DNA from: Candidatus Latescibacterota bacterium
GTDB lineage: Bacteria > Krumholzibacteriota > Krumholzibacteriia > WVZY01 > JAKEHA01
Length of the DNA stretch: 64,000 nucleotides
Assembly: GCA_963707635.1 (NCBI GenBank)
Contig: OY970173.1
Span: 608,001 to 672,000, forward strand
Reading direction: 5' to 3'
Both the position numbers and the translations under genes were made by a program. The notes under the pieces were generated by a model. That model was not told where the DNA came from, ran no database searches, and worked only from the letters and a program-made list of their open reading frames with translations. Positions 8,722 through 18,418 of the stretch are shown here, in pieces (the stretch's first letter is position 1; each line of letters starts with the position of its first letter).

Positions 8722-9245
8722 ATCCGCTGTGCGAAAGAATCGAAGCGCTGTTGCCGGCTCTTGTCAGTCGTGATATTGCGACATCGGATGCCGCGATGGT
8801 GACCTCGCACGTCGAGTCGTGCGCCTCGTGCCGCGAATCGCTGGCCATGTTTGCAATGCTCGAACAGTCGCTGGTGTCGCGCCGCGCCGAGGTTCCTCCG
8901 GTGGATTCCTTCCTCCCGAACCTGGCCGCGGTGCGCGTTCCGGCCGTACACCGGCACTCCCCACTGTTCAGGGTGTTTCGCGCCGCGATGAGTGTCCCGG
9001 GGATATCGATTCTCTTGGTGATGTGGGGGACGATGTTCGCGCTCTCGTTCCGAACCCATCTGGCGAACGACATCACGCGCTATTCGTCGCTCGATCGCTG
9101 GAAGGCGCTGATGGCGTTGACGACGCGCAGATCACGAATCTCACTGGCAACAATGTCTGGATGCTGACTCTGCGGCGTACTCGCCCTGACTCTGGTAATC
9201 CTGGGCTCCATGGGTGCCATGACGCTGCGCTACGTGCGACGGTAG
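8718..9245 (+). CDS. Zinc-binding (zf-HC2) membrane anti-sigma factor; two compensating frameshifts near 9120 and 9175
   Basis: ATGA overlap with the sigma gene; HVESCASC (Hx3Cx2C); TM helices; end LALTLVILGSMGAMTLRYVRR* is in the start frame. Confidence 0.8.
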
Positions 9246-9266
9246 TTTCAACATATCGTCCGCGAC

Positions 9267-9926
9267 TCAAGGCCTCTTGTAGCGCGCGACGTACTTCGGC
9301 ACCTTGATTCCGCGCTTGAGCTTCGGGTCGCGGAGCGGCTTCCCGACCCCGGTCGCGAACGGAAGCACCCCCGCCCAGTAGGGAAGCGCGTAGTCCTCGT
9401 CCTCGTCGATCGGCCCGCCCGTGCGCACCTTCGCGGACGCCTCGTCGATTGGTATCTCCAACACGGACGTCGCCTTCATCTCGGTGTCGTTCGGCCCGCG
9501 CGAATCGTTCCAGCGTTCCGGAATCAAGTGCTCGACCAGCGCGTGCAGCGCTTTCATTTTCGCGCCCGGCTCTTCGATCGCCCGCAGCTTGCCGATAATC
9601 ACCACCGAGCGATAGTTCATCGAGCTGTGGAATACCGAGCGCGCGACCACGATCCCGTCCGCGAGCGTCACGGTGACGCACGCGTCGACGCCGTCGGCGA
9701 GGGTATTCAGCATCCGGCTCGCCGCGGAGCCGTGCAGGAGCAGACGGTTGCCGTCGCGCGCGTACAGCGTCGGGATCACGAACGGCTGGCCTTGATGGAC
9801 GAAGCCCACGTGGCAGACCAGTCCCTCGTCGAGGATGGCGTGGATGGTCGCGCGGTCATAAGCGCCGCGCTTCGGAATCCGGCGTACGCGGGTGCGCTCG
9901 GTCGGGTGCTTGCCTCGCGATGTCAT
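9267..9926 (-). CDS. Pyridoxamine 5'-phosphate oxidase-like flavin-binding protein (NimA-like)
   Basis: RGAYDRATIHAILDEGLVCHVGF...HGSAASRM...ARSVFHSSMNYRSVV...SAKVRTG. Confidence 0.9.
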   Translation of the reverse strand: MTSRGKHPTERTRVRRIPKRGAYDRATIHAILDEGLVCHVGFVHQGQPFVIPTLYARDGNRLLLHGSAASRMLNTLADGVDACVTVTLADGIVVARSVFHSSMNYRSVVIIGKLRAIEEPGAKMKALHALVEHLIPERWNDSRGPNDTEMKATSVLEIPIDEASAKVRTGGPIDEDEDYALPYWAGVLPFATGVGKPLRDPKLKRGIKVPKYVARYKRP

Positions 9927-9949
9927 GCGTGTCTCTTTCGGTTGAGCCT

Positions 9950-10736
9950 CTAGTCGATCAGCTTCGGGCAGTCGTCGGCGACCGGGCACTCGTCGCAGTT
10001 GGGCTTGCGCGCGGTGCAACAGCGACGCCCGTGCCACGCGATCCGGTGCGAAAGCGCGATCCATTCGTTCTCGGGGAACGCCGCCATCATGTCGCGCTCG
10101 ACTTCTTCCGCGTCCTGGCTGGTCGAGAACCCCATCCGGTTCGACAGGCGCAGCATGTGCGTGTCCACCACCACGCCCGGGATGCCGTACACGTTTACCA
10201 GGATCACGTTGGCGGACTTGCGCCCGACGCCGGGGAGCTGCAGCAGCCCTTCCATGGTCGACGGCATCTGCCCGCCGAAGTGCTCCACGAGCGTGCGGCA
10301 CGCCGCTTTGATCGACTTGGTCTTGTTGTTGAAAAAGCCGGTGCTGCGGATCTCTTCGCGCAGCACGTCGTCGGGGGTAGCCACGTAGTCCTGCGGGGTC
10401 CGGTACTTCTTAAAGAGCGCGGGCGTCACCATGTTGACGCGCGCGTCGGTGCACTGCGCGGCCAGGATGGTGGCGATCAGCAGCTCGAGCGCGTTGGTGA
10501 AGTCGAGCTCGCAGCGTGCGTCGGGGTAGGCTTCCTTCAGCCCGTCGATGACGCGCAGCGCGCGGCGGCGCAGGTCGGGAGTGACGATCAGCGCCGGTCT
10601 TTGCTTCGGCGTCGCCTTCTTTTTCGCTGTGACTTTTTCGCTTCGGCGGTGCGGCCGCACGCTTGCGAACGGGTTTCGGTCGCCCGCGCGCGGTCTTTCG
10701 CCGCGGTGTCTTCTTCTGATTCGCTTTCCGTTTCAT
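9950..10736 (-). CDS. nth: Endonuclease III with Lys/Arg-rich N-terminal extension (probable 1-nt indel in an A-run near 10636)
   Basis: ILAAQCTDARVN, HhH LPGVGRKSANV, VDTH, C-x6-C-x2-C-x5-C. The start at 10736 is inferred by joining frames. Confidence 0.93.
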
Positions 10737-10761
10737 GCGGAACGCGATTATAGCCGAAAGG

Positions 10762-11568
10762 TCATTTTCGCGACAGGTCGAAGCGCGCGCTTGCGCCCAC
10801 GAACACGCGCCAGTCCTCGGTGGTGTTGGTGATTCCGTAGTAGACGCCCGTGTCGAACTGCCAGTCAGGATCCGGCGCGAACGTGACCCCGACGTCGAAG
10901 GTGGTGTCGTCGAGGGCGCCGTCGTCGAAGCCCGCCCGCGCGACGTAGATCTCGACGAATCCGGCGAAGTCGCCCGCGATGGGTGTCCCCAGCGAGACCG
11001 AGCCGATCACCCACGTCTCCTCGTTGTTCAAACGCATGGCGCCGGCCATCGCACTCATCGCGCGGTCACCGCCCAGGTCGATCGAGACCGGCGCAACCAG
11101 GCCCCACGTAATCGCGTCGAAGATGGCGTCGCCACGGGTCGGAACGTACGCAAACGGAAGCAGCGCCATCGCGGACCCGGAGAAGTCGTTGCCCGCGAGG
11201 TTGTACTTCAGCCGCAGTCCCGCCGGTCCGGTCCCGCTGCTTTCGTCGTCGGGAAGACCGGTCTGTTCGGTGCGCACGCTGCACCCACGGCGCGAACAGG
11301 AGCTGGACGTCGAGGTTGTCGCGCGATGCCGTACTTGGCGTTGAAGGCCATCAGGGACGTGCCGGTGATGGTCTCGTCGGAGCACGTTGAATTGCCCCTG
11401 GGTCAGAACGTCGCTTTCCACCTGCAACCAACCCTTCGGAACGGAGTAGGGACTCTCCGTCCGATCGGGGCGATCGGTGCTCATCGGCCGGTCGGCGGCG
11501 TGCGTGGAATCACCGGCGAGCTGCCAGCACAGAACAATCGCGCCCGCGGCCGCGGTGAGGCTACGCAT
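10762..11568 (-). CDS. Putative outer-membrane transporter (MetA-pathway/phenol-degradation porin family); internal frameshifted stretch
   Basis: Signal peptide; STDRPDRTESPYSVPKGWLQVE; RLKYNL; C-terminal WQFDTG...VFVGASARF. Confidence 0.75.
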   Translation of the reverse strand: MRSLTAAAGAIVLCWQLAGDSTHAADRPMSTDRPDRTESPYSVPKGWLQVESDVLTQGQFNVLRRDHHRHVPDGLQRQVRHRATTSTSSSCSRRGCSVRTEQTGLPDDESSGTGPAGLRLKYNLAGNDFSGSAMALLPFAYVPTRGDAIFDAITWGLVAPVSIDLGGDRAMSAMAGAMRLNNEETWVIGSVSLGTPIAGDFAGFVEIYVARAGFDDGALDDTTFDVGVTFAPDPDWQFDTGVYYGITNTTEDWRVFVGASARFDLSRK

Positions 11569-13331
11569 GGCGCTGCCTCGCCTTCAGCAGGCGGCGCACG
11601 TCGGCGGCACCGCGTGTGTTCAGCACGTCGTCCTTCGTGAGCCAGCCCTTGCGCGCCACGCCGACGCCGTAGCGGAAATAGGCGATCTCGCTGGTGTGGT
11701 GCGCATCCGGGTTCACCACGAACTTGACTCCCATCTCCTTCGCGGTCTTCACGTGGCGCCAATCGAGGTCGAGGCGGACCGGGTGCGCGTTGATCTCGAT
11801 CCACACGTCGTGGGCGGCACACGCCTCGAACACCGCCGTTAGATTCAGCGGGTAGCCGTCGCGCGAGAGCAGCAGCCGTCCGGTCGGATGGCCCAGCATG
11901 GTGGTGAACGGGTTCGACACGGCGGTCACGATGCGTTTGGTCATCTGCGCCTCGGTGCCGGTGAACTGACCGTGCACCGATGCGCACACGTAGTCGAACG
12001 AGGCGAGCAACTCGTCGTCATAGTCCAGCCGTCCGTCCATCAGGATGTCGCTTTCGATGCCGGCGAACACGACGAACGGCGCGATCTCACGATTGAGCTC
12101 CCGGATCTCGCCCAGCTGCTTCTTCACCCTGGCCGGCGTGAGGCCGTTGGCATACATCGCGGTCTGGCGAATGATCGGCGATGCCGAGGTACTGATGGCC
12201 GAGCGCCCTGGCGGCGTCCGCCATCTCGCGCAGAGTCGAGCGTCCGTCGCTATAATCGGTGTGGCAGTGAAAGACTCCGCGGATGTCGGCGGCCTCGATC
12301 AGGCGCGGGAGCGCGTGCGCCTGCGCGGCCTCGATCTCGCCCGTGTTCTCGCGCAGCTCCGGCGGGATGAAGTCCATGCCGAGGTGCTTGAAGAGCGCCG
12401 GCTCGTCCTTGAGGGGCACCGCGTCCTCGCCCTTGAACAGGCCGTACTCGTTGAGCTTGTAGCCCTGTTTCTTCGCGATCGCCCGCACCTCGGTGTTGTG
12501 TTCCTTGCTGCCGGTAAAGTAGTGCACCGCCGCGGGAAATTCGTGGTCCTTGACGACGCGCAGGTCCACGTTGATGCCGGAGTTGAGAATCACGCTCGAC
12601 TTGGTGGGCCCCTTCGCGACGATGGTGGCGACGCCCGGGAGCGTGGTGAACACGTCCATTAGGGCAGAGCCGTCTGCCTCTCGAGTGACGGTCGCGAGAA
12701 TATCCACGTCGCCGATGGTCTCCTTGTGACGCCGGATGCTCCCGCCGATCAGGCTCTGCGTGACGCCGGGCACGCGCCGCACGGCGTCGAGAATCGTCTC
12801 GGCTTCCTCGGACGCCGTGCTGAGCAGGAATCGCTGCCGGTACTTCCGGTAGCGCGCGATGTTCTTCAGGATGTTGGTCTGTGTCTTCTCGCCGAAGCCG
12901 GGCAGCTCGGCGAGCCAGCCGTTGCGGCCCGCCTGCTCCAGCTCTTCGATGGATTTGACCTTGAGCTTGTCGTGGACCGCTTTCACCTTTTTCGGCCCCA
13001 TGCCGCTGATGCGCAGCATCTCCAGCATGCCGGCGGGGACTTTCTTCCGGAGCTTCTCGTATTCCGGGAAGGTCCCCGTCTCGAGCATCGACTTGACGTC
13101 GGCGAAGATGGACTTGCCGATGCCGCGCACCTCGAGCAGCGCCTCCGACTTCACCATCTCGTTCAGGTCCTCGGTGAGGTCGTCGATGGCGCGCGCCGCA
13201 TTGAAGAACGCGCGGATGCGGAAGGGATTGTCGCCGGTGATCTCGAGCATGGCGGCGACGTCGTCGAGGGCGCGGGCGACGTCGGCCTTCGAGATCGCGC
13301 GAGGGGGGGAGGTCTTCCGCGCGGGGGCCAT
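11561..13331 (-). CDS. polX: DNA polymerase X / PHP 3'-5' exonuclease (frameshift near 12165)
   Basis: GDNPFRIRAF, GMGPKKV, ETIGDVDIL, VDLRVV, YFTGSKEHN; PHP motifs HCHTDYSDG, DHS, GHPTGR, EINAHP, NPDAH. Confidence 0.95.
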
Positions 13332-13340
13332 GGGCGAACC

Positions 13341-14174
13341 CTAGCCGGCTCGGGAGGCGCGGTCGGAGTCCGGCGCCCCGGAGTCTTCCGCTCCGCCCAG
13401 CGCTTTCTCCTTCGCGAGCAGTTTGTCGAAGTCGACGCGGTCGGCGTCGATTTCCGGGGCGCGCGCAAATTCGAAGGCGTCCTGCGCGCGATCGACCGCG
13501 TCGAAGATCCCGGGCGAACCCGCCGGGAAGCGGATCGCGTCGAAACTGACCGACGCGTCGATGCCGAAGTCGCTCGCGATCTTGGCACCCCGCTTCATGT
13601 GCTTCAGGCGGCCGATCATCACGATGCGCTCGACGTCCTTGTGTGTCTCGCACACGGCCTGCAAGACCCCGGTCACGCGCCCCGACACGCCGAACGAGCC
13701 GTCGAGCGTGGTCACGTAGAGCTCGTCCGCCACCGCCGCGAATTCCTCCTGGAAGAACACGCGGTCCTTCGACGGAAAGCCCAGCACGACGATCACGTAC
13801 GCGCCGTGCTCCTTGAACACCCGCGCGCGCCACAGGAGCGACGCGATGCCCAGGTCCTCGCCCACCAGCACCACCTTGCCGTCGGAGTCGATCCGGCACG
13901 GCGAGCCCAGCGGCCCGCGAATCTGGAACACCTCCTCGCCGACGTCCAGGACCATGAGGCGTTCGGTCGGTAGGTCGCGCCCCTGTTCGACCACGACGAA
14001 CGTGCCCTCCTCGCGGTCCACGGCGGCGATCGGGAGCGTAATGGTGGGGCCGTCGACGTTCAGGTGGAGGTCGACGTACTGCCCCGGCATCGCCTTGCCG
14101 GCGAGGGCCGGCAGGCGGAACTCGAGGAGGAAGGTATCCTCGTTGAACGATTGCTTGCGGGTGATGGCGAACAT
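13341..14174 (-). CDS. NfnA/SudB (PyrK-like) FAD/NAD-binding subunit homologue lacking cofactor motifs
   Basis: Colinear with NfnA (KAMPGQYV, GPLG.P, LGF.SKD, TTLDGSFG, PEID...VDFD.L). RIPLT, GGGxG and DGTGMCGAC/C motifs are absent. Confidence 0.8.
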   Translation of the reverse strand: MFAITRKQSFNEDTFLLEFRLPALAGKAMPGQYVDLHLNVDGPTITLPIAAVDREEGTFVVVEQGRDLPTERLMVLDVGEEVFQIRGPLGSPCRIDSDGKVVLVGEDLGIASLLWRARVFKEHGAYVIVVLGFPSKDRVFFQEEFAAVADELYVTTLDGSFGVSGRVTGVLQAVCETHKDVERIVMIGRLKHMKRGAKIASDFGIDASVSFDAIRFPAGSPGIFDAVDRAQDAFEFARAPEIDADRVDFDKLLAKEKALGGAEDSGAPDSDRASRAG

Positions 14175-14230
14175 GGCGAACGGCCGCAGGGTACCCCAGA
14201 CGCGCTCCGGAGGGCAAGCGGGGATACGGG

Positions 14231-14260
14231 TTGACTTGGGTACTTTTCGAACGGTACATT
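14231..14260 (+). promoter_or_regulatory. Putative sigma-70 promoter TTGACT-N18-TACATT for ilvE
   Basis: Near-consensus boxes in an AT-rich divergent intergenic gap. Confidence 0.45.
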
Positions 14261-14316
14261 TAATGAGTATTCCTGCGGGACGCTGCGTGTTTCCAACCCT
14301 CTAAGGACGTGCCGCG

Positions 14317-15360
14317 ATGATGAAGGACACCATGCAAAAAGCGGATCTGAAGTGGGGGGAGTTGCCGTTCGACTACCTGCGAACGGACTGTCACCTCGAG
14401 TACAACTACCGCGACGGCAAATGGGACCAGGGCAACGTCGTCGAGGACGACAAGATTTCCATCAGCATCGCCGCCACCAGTCTCCACTACGGCCAGGAGT
14501 GCTTCGAGGGGATGAAGGTCTACGAGACGCGTGACGGGCGCGCGCTCGCGTTCCGGCCCGAAGAGAACGCGCGGCGCATGGTCCACACCGCGAAGAAACT
14601 GGTGATGCAGGCGCCGCCCGAAGAGGTGTTTCTGGAGGCGGTCGATCGCACGGTCAAGCTCAACCGTCGCTTCATCCCGCCGTACGGGAGCGGCGCTTCG
14701 CTGTACGTGCGCCCGCTCCTGATCGGGGTCACCGGAACGGTCGGCATCAAGCCCTCGCGAGAGTACCTCTTCGTCGTGCTGGTGACGCCGGTGGGGCCGT
14801 ATTTTCGCACCGGCCTGAAACCCGTGAAACTGTGGATCGAGGAGCACATCGACCGTGCGGCGCCCGACGGCGTCGGGGACGCCAAGACGGGCGGAAACTA
14901 CGCGGCGGGGTTGCGCGCGACCACCATGGCGCGCGAGAAAGGCTACTCGGAGGTGCTGTTCCTCGACGCCTGCGACAAGAAGCACATCGACGAGTCCAGC
15001 AGCTCGAATTTCTTCGCGATCTCGAAAGACGGCCACTACGTGACACCGAAGTCGCCGTCGATCCTCGCGAGCATCACCAATGCGAGTCTGCGCCAGATCG
15101 CGGCCGACATGAAGATACCGGTCGAGCACCGCGCGGTCGATGTGGCGGAGCTGCCGAACTTCGTGGAAGCGGGGTTGACCGGCACAGCGACCATCATCAC
15201 GCCCGTGTACGCAATCCAGCACGGTAAGAAGCTCATCCAGTACGGCGCCCCGACGAACGTCGGCCCGGTGAGTCAGAAGCTGCGCGACGCGCTGCTGGCG
15301 ATCCAGACCGGCGACGCGCCGGATCCGCACGGCTGGACGCACGAGATCGCGCTGGACTAG
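14317..15360 (+). CDS. ilvE: Branched-chain amino acid aminotransferase
   Basis: LHYGQECFEGMK, LYVRP, AKTGGNYA (PLP lysine), SILASIT, GTATIITP. Confidence 0.95.
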   Translation: MMKDTMQKADLKWGELPFDYLRTDCHLEYNYRDGKWDQGNVVEDDKISISIAATSLHYGQECFEGMKVYETRDGRALAFRPEENARRMVHTAKKLVMQAPPEEVFLEAVDRTVKLNRRFIPPYGSGASLYVRPLLIGVTGTVGIKPSREYLFVVLVTPVGPYFRTGLKPVKLWIEEHIDRAAPDGVGDAKTGGNYAAGLRATTMAREKGYSEVLFLDACDKKHIDESSSSNFFAISKDGHYVTPKSPSILASITNASLRQIAADMKIPVEHRAVDVAELPNFVEAGLTGTATIITPVYAIQHGKKLIQYGAPTNVGPVSQKLRDALLAIQTGDAPDPHGWTHEIALD

Positions 15361-15379
15361 CCGGGCGGCGGCGGGGCCG

Positions 15380-16345
15380 CTGGAAAAGAAGCAGCTCACT
15401 CTCACCTGCCAGGTCGACCCGTTCCGCTCCGGGTGGACGGTCGTCGAGTTTCTCGCGCATCGGTTTCCCTACCACACCGCCGAAGGCTGGACCAAGCGCG
15501 TCCGCGAGCAATGGGTGCGGGTGAACGACGCGTTCGTTCCGCCCCACCAGGTCGTGCAGAAGAACGACTCGATTCACTACACCATCTGGCACGCCGAACC
15601 GCCCGTCGACGACCGCTACCAGGTCCTCTTCGAGGACGATCACTTTCTAGCCGTGGCCAAGTCCGGCAACATCCCGGTGCACGCGTGCGGCGTGTACATC
15701 GTGGGGACGCTGATTGCGCGCCTGCGCGCGGACTTCGGCCCGAAAATCAACCTCGTCCACCGGCTCGACCGCGAGACCAGCGGGGTAGTCATGCTGGCGA
15801 AGCACCGCGTCGCGAATCGCGAGCTGGCGCGCATGTTCGAGCGCGGAGAAATACAGAAGGAATATGTCGCCGTGGTGTACGGACGGGTGCGGCGCCGTGC
15901 CTTCACGATCGACGAACCCATCGGCACGATCGACGTTCGCCACCAGTACCCGGTCGAGTACGAATGGGGCAAGGAAAACGACCTGGCCACCTACCTCCCG
16001 AAGCGGCGCGTCGACCCCGACGGCAAGGCCGCGCGAAGCCGGGTCGAGGTGCTCGGCCACTCGGAGGCGTTCACGACCCTGCGCGTGGTGCCCGAGCAGG
16101 GCCGCACCAATCAGATTCGCGTGCACCTGGCGCACATCGGCCACCCGATCGTGGGGGATAAGATCTATGCGCTGTCGGGCGAGGTGAGGGACGAGCAACT
16201 TCGCGAGGGGCTCACGCCGCGCGTGCGCGCGGCGCTGGTGACGGCGCGCCACGCGCTCCATTGTGAATCGCTGACCTTCGTGCACCCGCTGGAGAAGCGG
16301 GCGCTCACCATCCGCGCGGAGGTGCCGGGAGAGATGCGGCCGTGA
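15380..16345 (+). CDS. RluA/RluD-family pseudouridine synthase (start uncertain)
   Basis: VHRLDRETSG, KEYVAVV, GRTNQIRVHLAHIGHPIVGDKIY, ALHC. An S4-like N-terminus (FLAHRFPYH) is in frame upstream of 15515. Confidence 0.9.
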   Translation: MEKKQLTLTCQVDPFRSGWTVVEFLAHRFPYHTAEGWTKRVREQWVRVNDAFVPPHQVVQKNDSIHYTIWHAEPPVDDRYQVLFEDDHFLAVAKSGNIPVHACGVYIVGTLIARLRADFGPKINLVHRLDRETSGVVMLAKHRVANRELARMFERGEIQKEYVAVVYGRVRRRAFTIDEPIGTIDVRHQYPVEYEWGKENDLATYLPKRRVDPDGKAARSRVEVLGHSEAFTTLRVVPEQGRTNQIRVHLAHIGHPIVGDKIYALSGEVRDEQLREGLTPRVRAALVTARHALHCESLTFVHPLEKRALTIRAEVPGEMRP

Positions 16346-17388
16346 CGCTACGTCTTCTGGCACTGGTCGCGTTGCTGTCGATGGGCTGCGGCGCCTCGCC
16401 CGTGCAGGTCACCGGGACGGTGGCATACCGCGAGGGAATCGCCTTTCCGGCTGGCGCGAAGATTCACGTCATGCTCCAGGACGCGACCGCCATGAACGCA
16501 GCTGCGATCGTCGCCGAGCAGACCGTGGTCACCGATAGCGCGCAAGCGACCGTCGAGTTCGCGTTCGAATGCGCCCCCGGCGCTATCGTTTCCGACCACC
16601 GCTACACCGTACGCGTGGAGATCGAGGTCGAGGGGGAGCTCCGTTTCATTTCGACGACGGAGTACTCGGTCATCACGCGCGGCCACCCCACTCGCGCCGA
16701 CGTGGTCGTCGAAAGCGTCTGGCGCCCGCGTATCGCGCCGCCGGAAGAGTCGGTCCCCGGCGCGACGACCTTCGTCGGCACGTATTCCTATATGGCCGAT
16801 GCCGGCCTGTTCGCTTTCTGCGGAACCGGCGCCCGCTTTCCCGTCAAGCAGCAAGGCGACAACGCGGCGCTCGAGCGCGCCTATACGAGCGTGCCGCACG
16901 AGCCCGGCGCACCGGTGGTGGTGACGATCTTCGGTCGGCTCGAGCCGTCGCAGCCGATGGAGGGCAAGCTGCCGCAGGACCACGTCATCGTGGATCGCTT
17001 TCTCCAGATCTGGCCCGACGAGACGTGCGCGAAGGTCGGCGTCGAGACGTCGTTGTCGAACACGTACTGGAAGCTGGTCGAACTGAATGGCCGGGCGGTT
17101 GCCCCACACGGGGACCAGCGGGAGGTCCACATGCTGCTCCACGGTGACGCGCGCGTCACCGGGTTCGCGGGTTGCAACCAGTTCTCCGGTGGCTACCGGC
17201 AGACGGGTCCGAATCTGCACTTCGAACAGCTCGCCACGACGTTGATGGCGTGTCCGTACTCGGACGAAGAGCGGGACTTCATGCAGGCGCTCGAGGGTGT
17301 GACCGGCTACCAGGTTCTCGGGGAGTCGCTCGATCTGCGCGGCGAATCCGGTTCGATCGCGCGTTTTCGCGCCGTGTATCTGCGGTGA
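16342..17388 (+). CDS. Lipoprotein: YbaY + NlpE C-terminal OB + META (HslJ) domains
   Basis: Lipobox SMGC; VTGTVAYRE; YSYMADAGLF..C; NTYWKLVELNG, GFAGCNQFSG, TTLMAC. Confidence 0.8.
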   Translation: MTLRLLALVALLSMGCGASPVQVTGTVAYREGIAFPAGAKIHVMLQDATAMNAAAIVAEQTVVTDSAQATVEFAFECAPGAIVSDHRYTVRVEIEVEGELRFISTTEYSVITRGHPTRADVVVESVWRPRIAPPEESVPGATTFVGTYSYMADAGLFAFCGTGARFPVKQQGDNAALERAYTSVPHEPGAPVVVTIFGRLEPSQPMEGKLPQDHVIVDRFLQIWPDETCAKVGVETSLSNTYWKLVELNGRAVAPHGDQREVHMLLHGDARVTGFAGCNQFSGGYRQTGPNLHFEQLATTLMACPYSDEERDFMQALEGVTGYQVLGESLDLRGESGSIARFRAVYLR

Positions 17389-18335
17389 GAGACCCCGACG
17401 GCTCCTCGACCGCCCCGGCCCGCCGCCGGCTCACCGGCCGCACCGAACGCCGCGGCTCGCAGACCGGCTTCTCGGTCATCGGGGCGCTTCTCTTCGGCGG
17501 CATTTTCGTCGCTGCGGGCGTTTCGATCGCGCTCATCGGCCTCCACGTCATTCCCGTCGACCCGGGCAGTGTGCACTCGCCCTACTGGGTGATCGTCGTC
17601 GCCGGCGCATCCTTCGCGGGCGCCGGGCTGGCGGTGTGGGGGATGGCCGCAACCCAGCAGCGCGCGGAGCGCCACCGGAAGGTCGCCGCGCTCCGCTACC
17701 GCGGCTCCGAGGCGCTCAACGACTACGCCTGGAACACCCGTCGCTTCACACCGCCGCGCTGGGGGCGCGCGGCACAGTCGATCGCCATGGCCGCGTTCAT
17801 GACACTTTTCCTCTCCATGTTCAACTGGTGGGCATGGGGCGCGCACGGACCCTGGGTCGTGAAGACCGTCGTGGTCCTGCTGGACCTGCTGCTGGTGTTC
17901 GTGTGGTGGCGGGGCGTGCTCGAACTCGGCCGGGCGATCAAGTTCGGCGGGTCTCATCTCGTGTTCGAACATTTCCCGTATCGAATGGACGAGCCGGTCG
18001 CCATCCGCTGGGTACCGCCGCCGGGCATGGCGCGAGCGGATCGGGGGTCGTTCACGTTCCGTTGCGTCGAGGAGTTCTACGAGGAGCGCGGGACCGGAAA
18101 GGACCGGAGCCGGTGGTTGGTGCACGACGAATTGTGCGCGGAGACGCAGTCGTTCGACACGCGGCAGACGTTTGCGCCGGGGCGGGCGGTCGAGTTTCGT
18201 TACCAGCTGCCTGGGGACGCCCGCGCGACGAAACTTTCATCGGACCGCCCCGTGTTCTGGGAATTCGAAGCGAAGCTCTCCATGCCCGGGCTCGATTTCG
18301 ACGAACAGTATCTGGTGCCGGTGTACGATCGATGA
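17385..18335 (+). CDS. Hypothetical membrane protein (4 TM plus C-terminal beta domain)
   Basis: GTGA overlap with the upstream stop; four hydrophobic segments; C-terminal PGLDFDEQYLVPVY. Confidence 0.65.
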   Translation: MRDPDGSSTAPARRRLTGRTERRGSQTGFSVIGALLFGGIFVAAGVSIALIGLHVIPVDPGSVHSPYWVIVVAGASFAGAGLAVWGMAATQQRAERHRKVAALRYRGSEALNDYAWNTRRFTPPRWGRAAQSIAMAAFMTLFLSMFNWWAWGAHGPWVVKTVVVLLDLLLVFVWWRGVLELGRAIKFGGSHLVFEHFPYRMDEPVAIRWVPPPGMARADRGSFTFRCVEEFYEERGTGKDRSRWLVHDELCAETQSFDTRQTFAPGRAVEFRYQLPGDARATKLSSDRPVFWEFEAKLSMPGLDFDEQYLVPVYDR

Positions 18336-18418
18336 CGGCGCCGGCCGGCGCGCGGGTGGCGAGACGCCACCCCGTGTGATAACCTTTCCCCGCTTCCATT
18401 TCCTCCGGAGGTCCTGCT

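Noticed and set aside
12250..14259. Long alternative-frame and antisense ORFs (e.g. 669 aa here, 583 aa at 40191, 611 aa at 50378)
   Set aside because: Arg/Ala/Gly-rich shadow ORFs expected in high-GC DNA, overlapping genes with clear family motifs.
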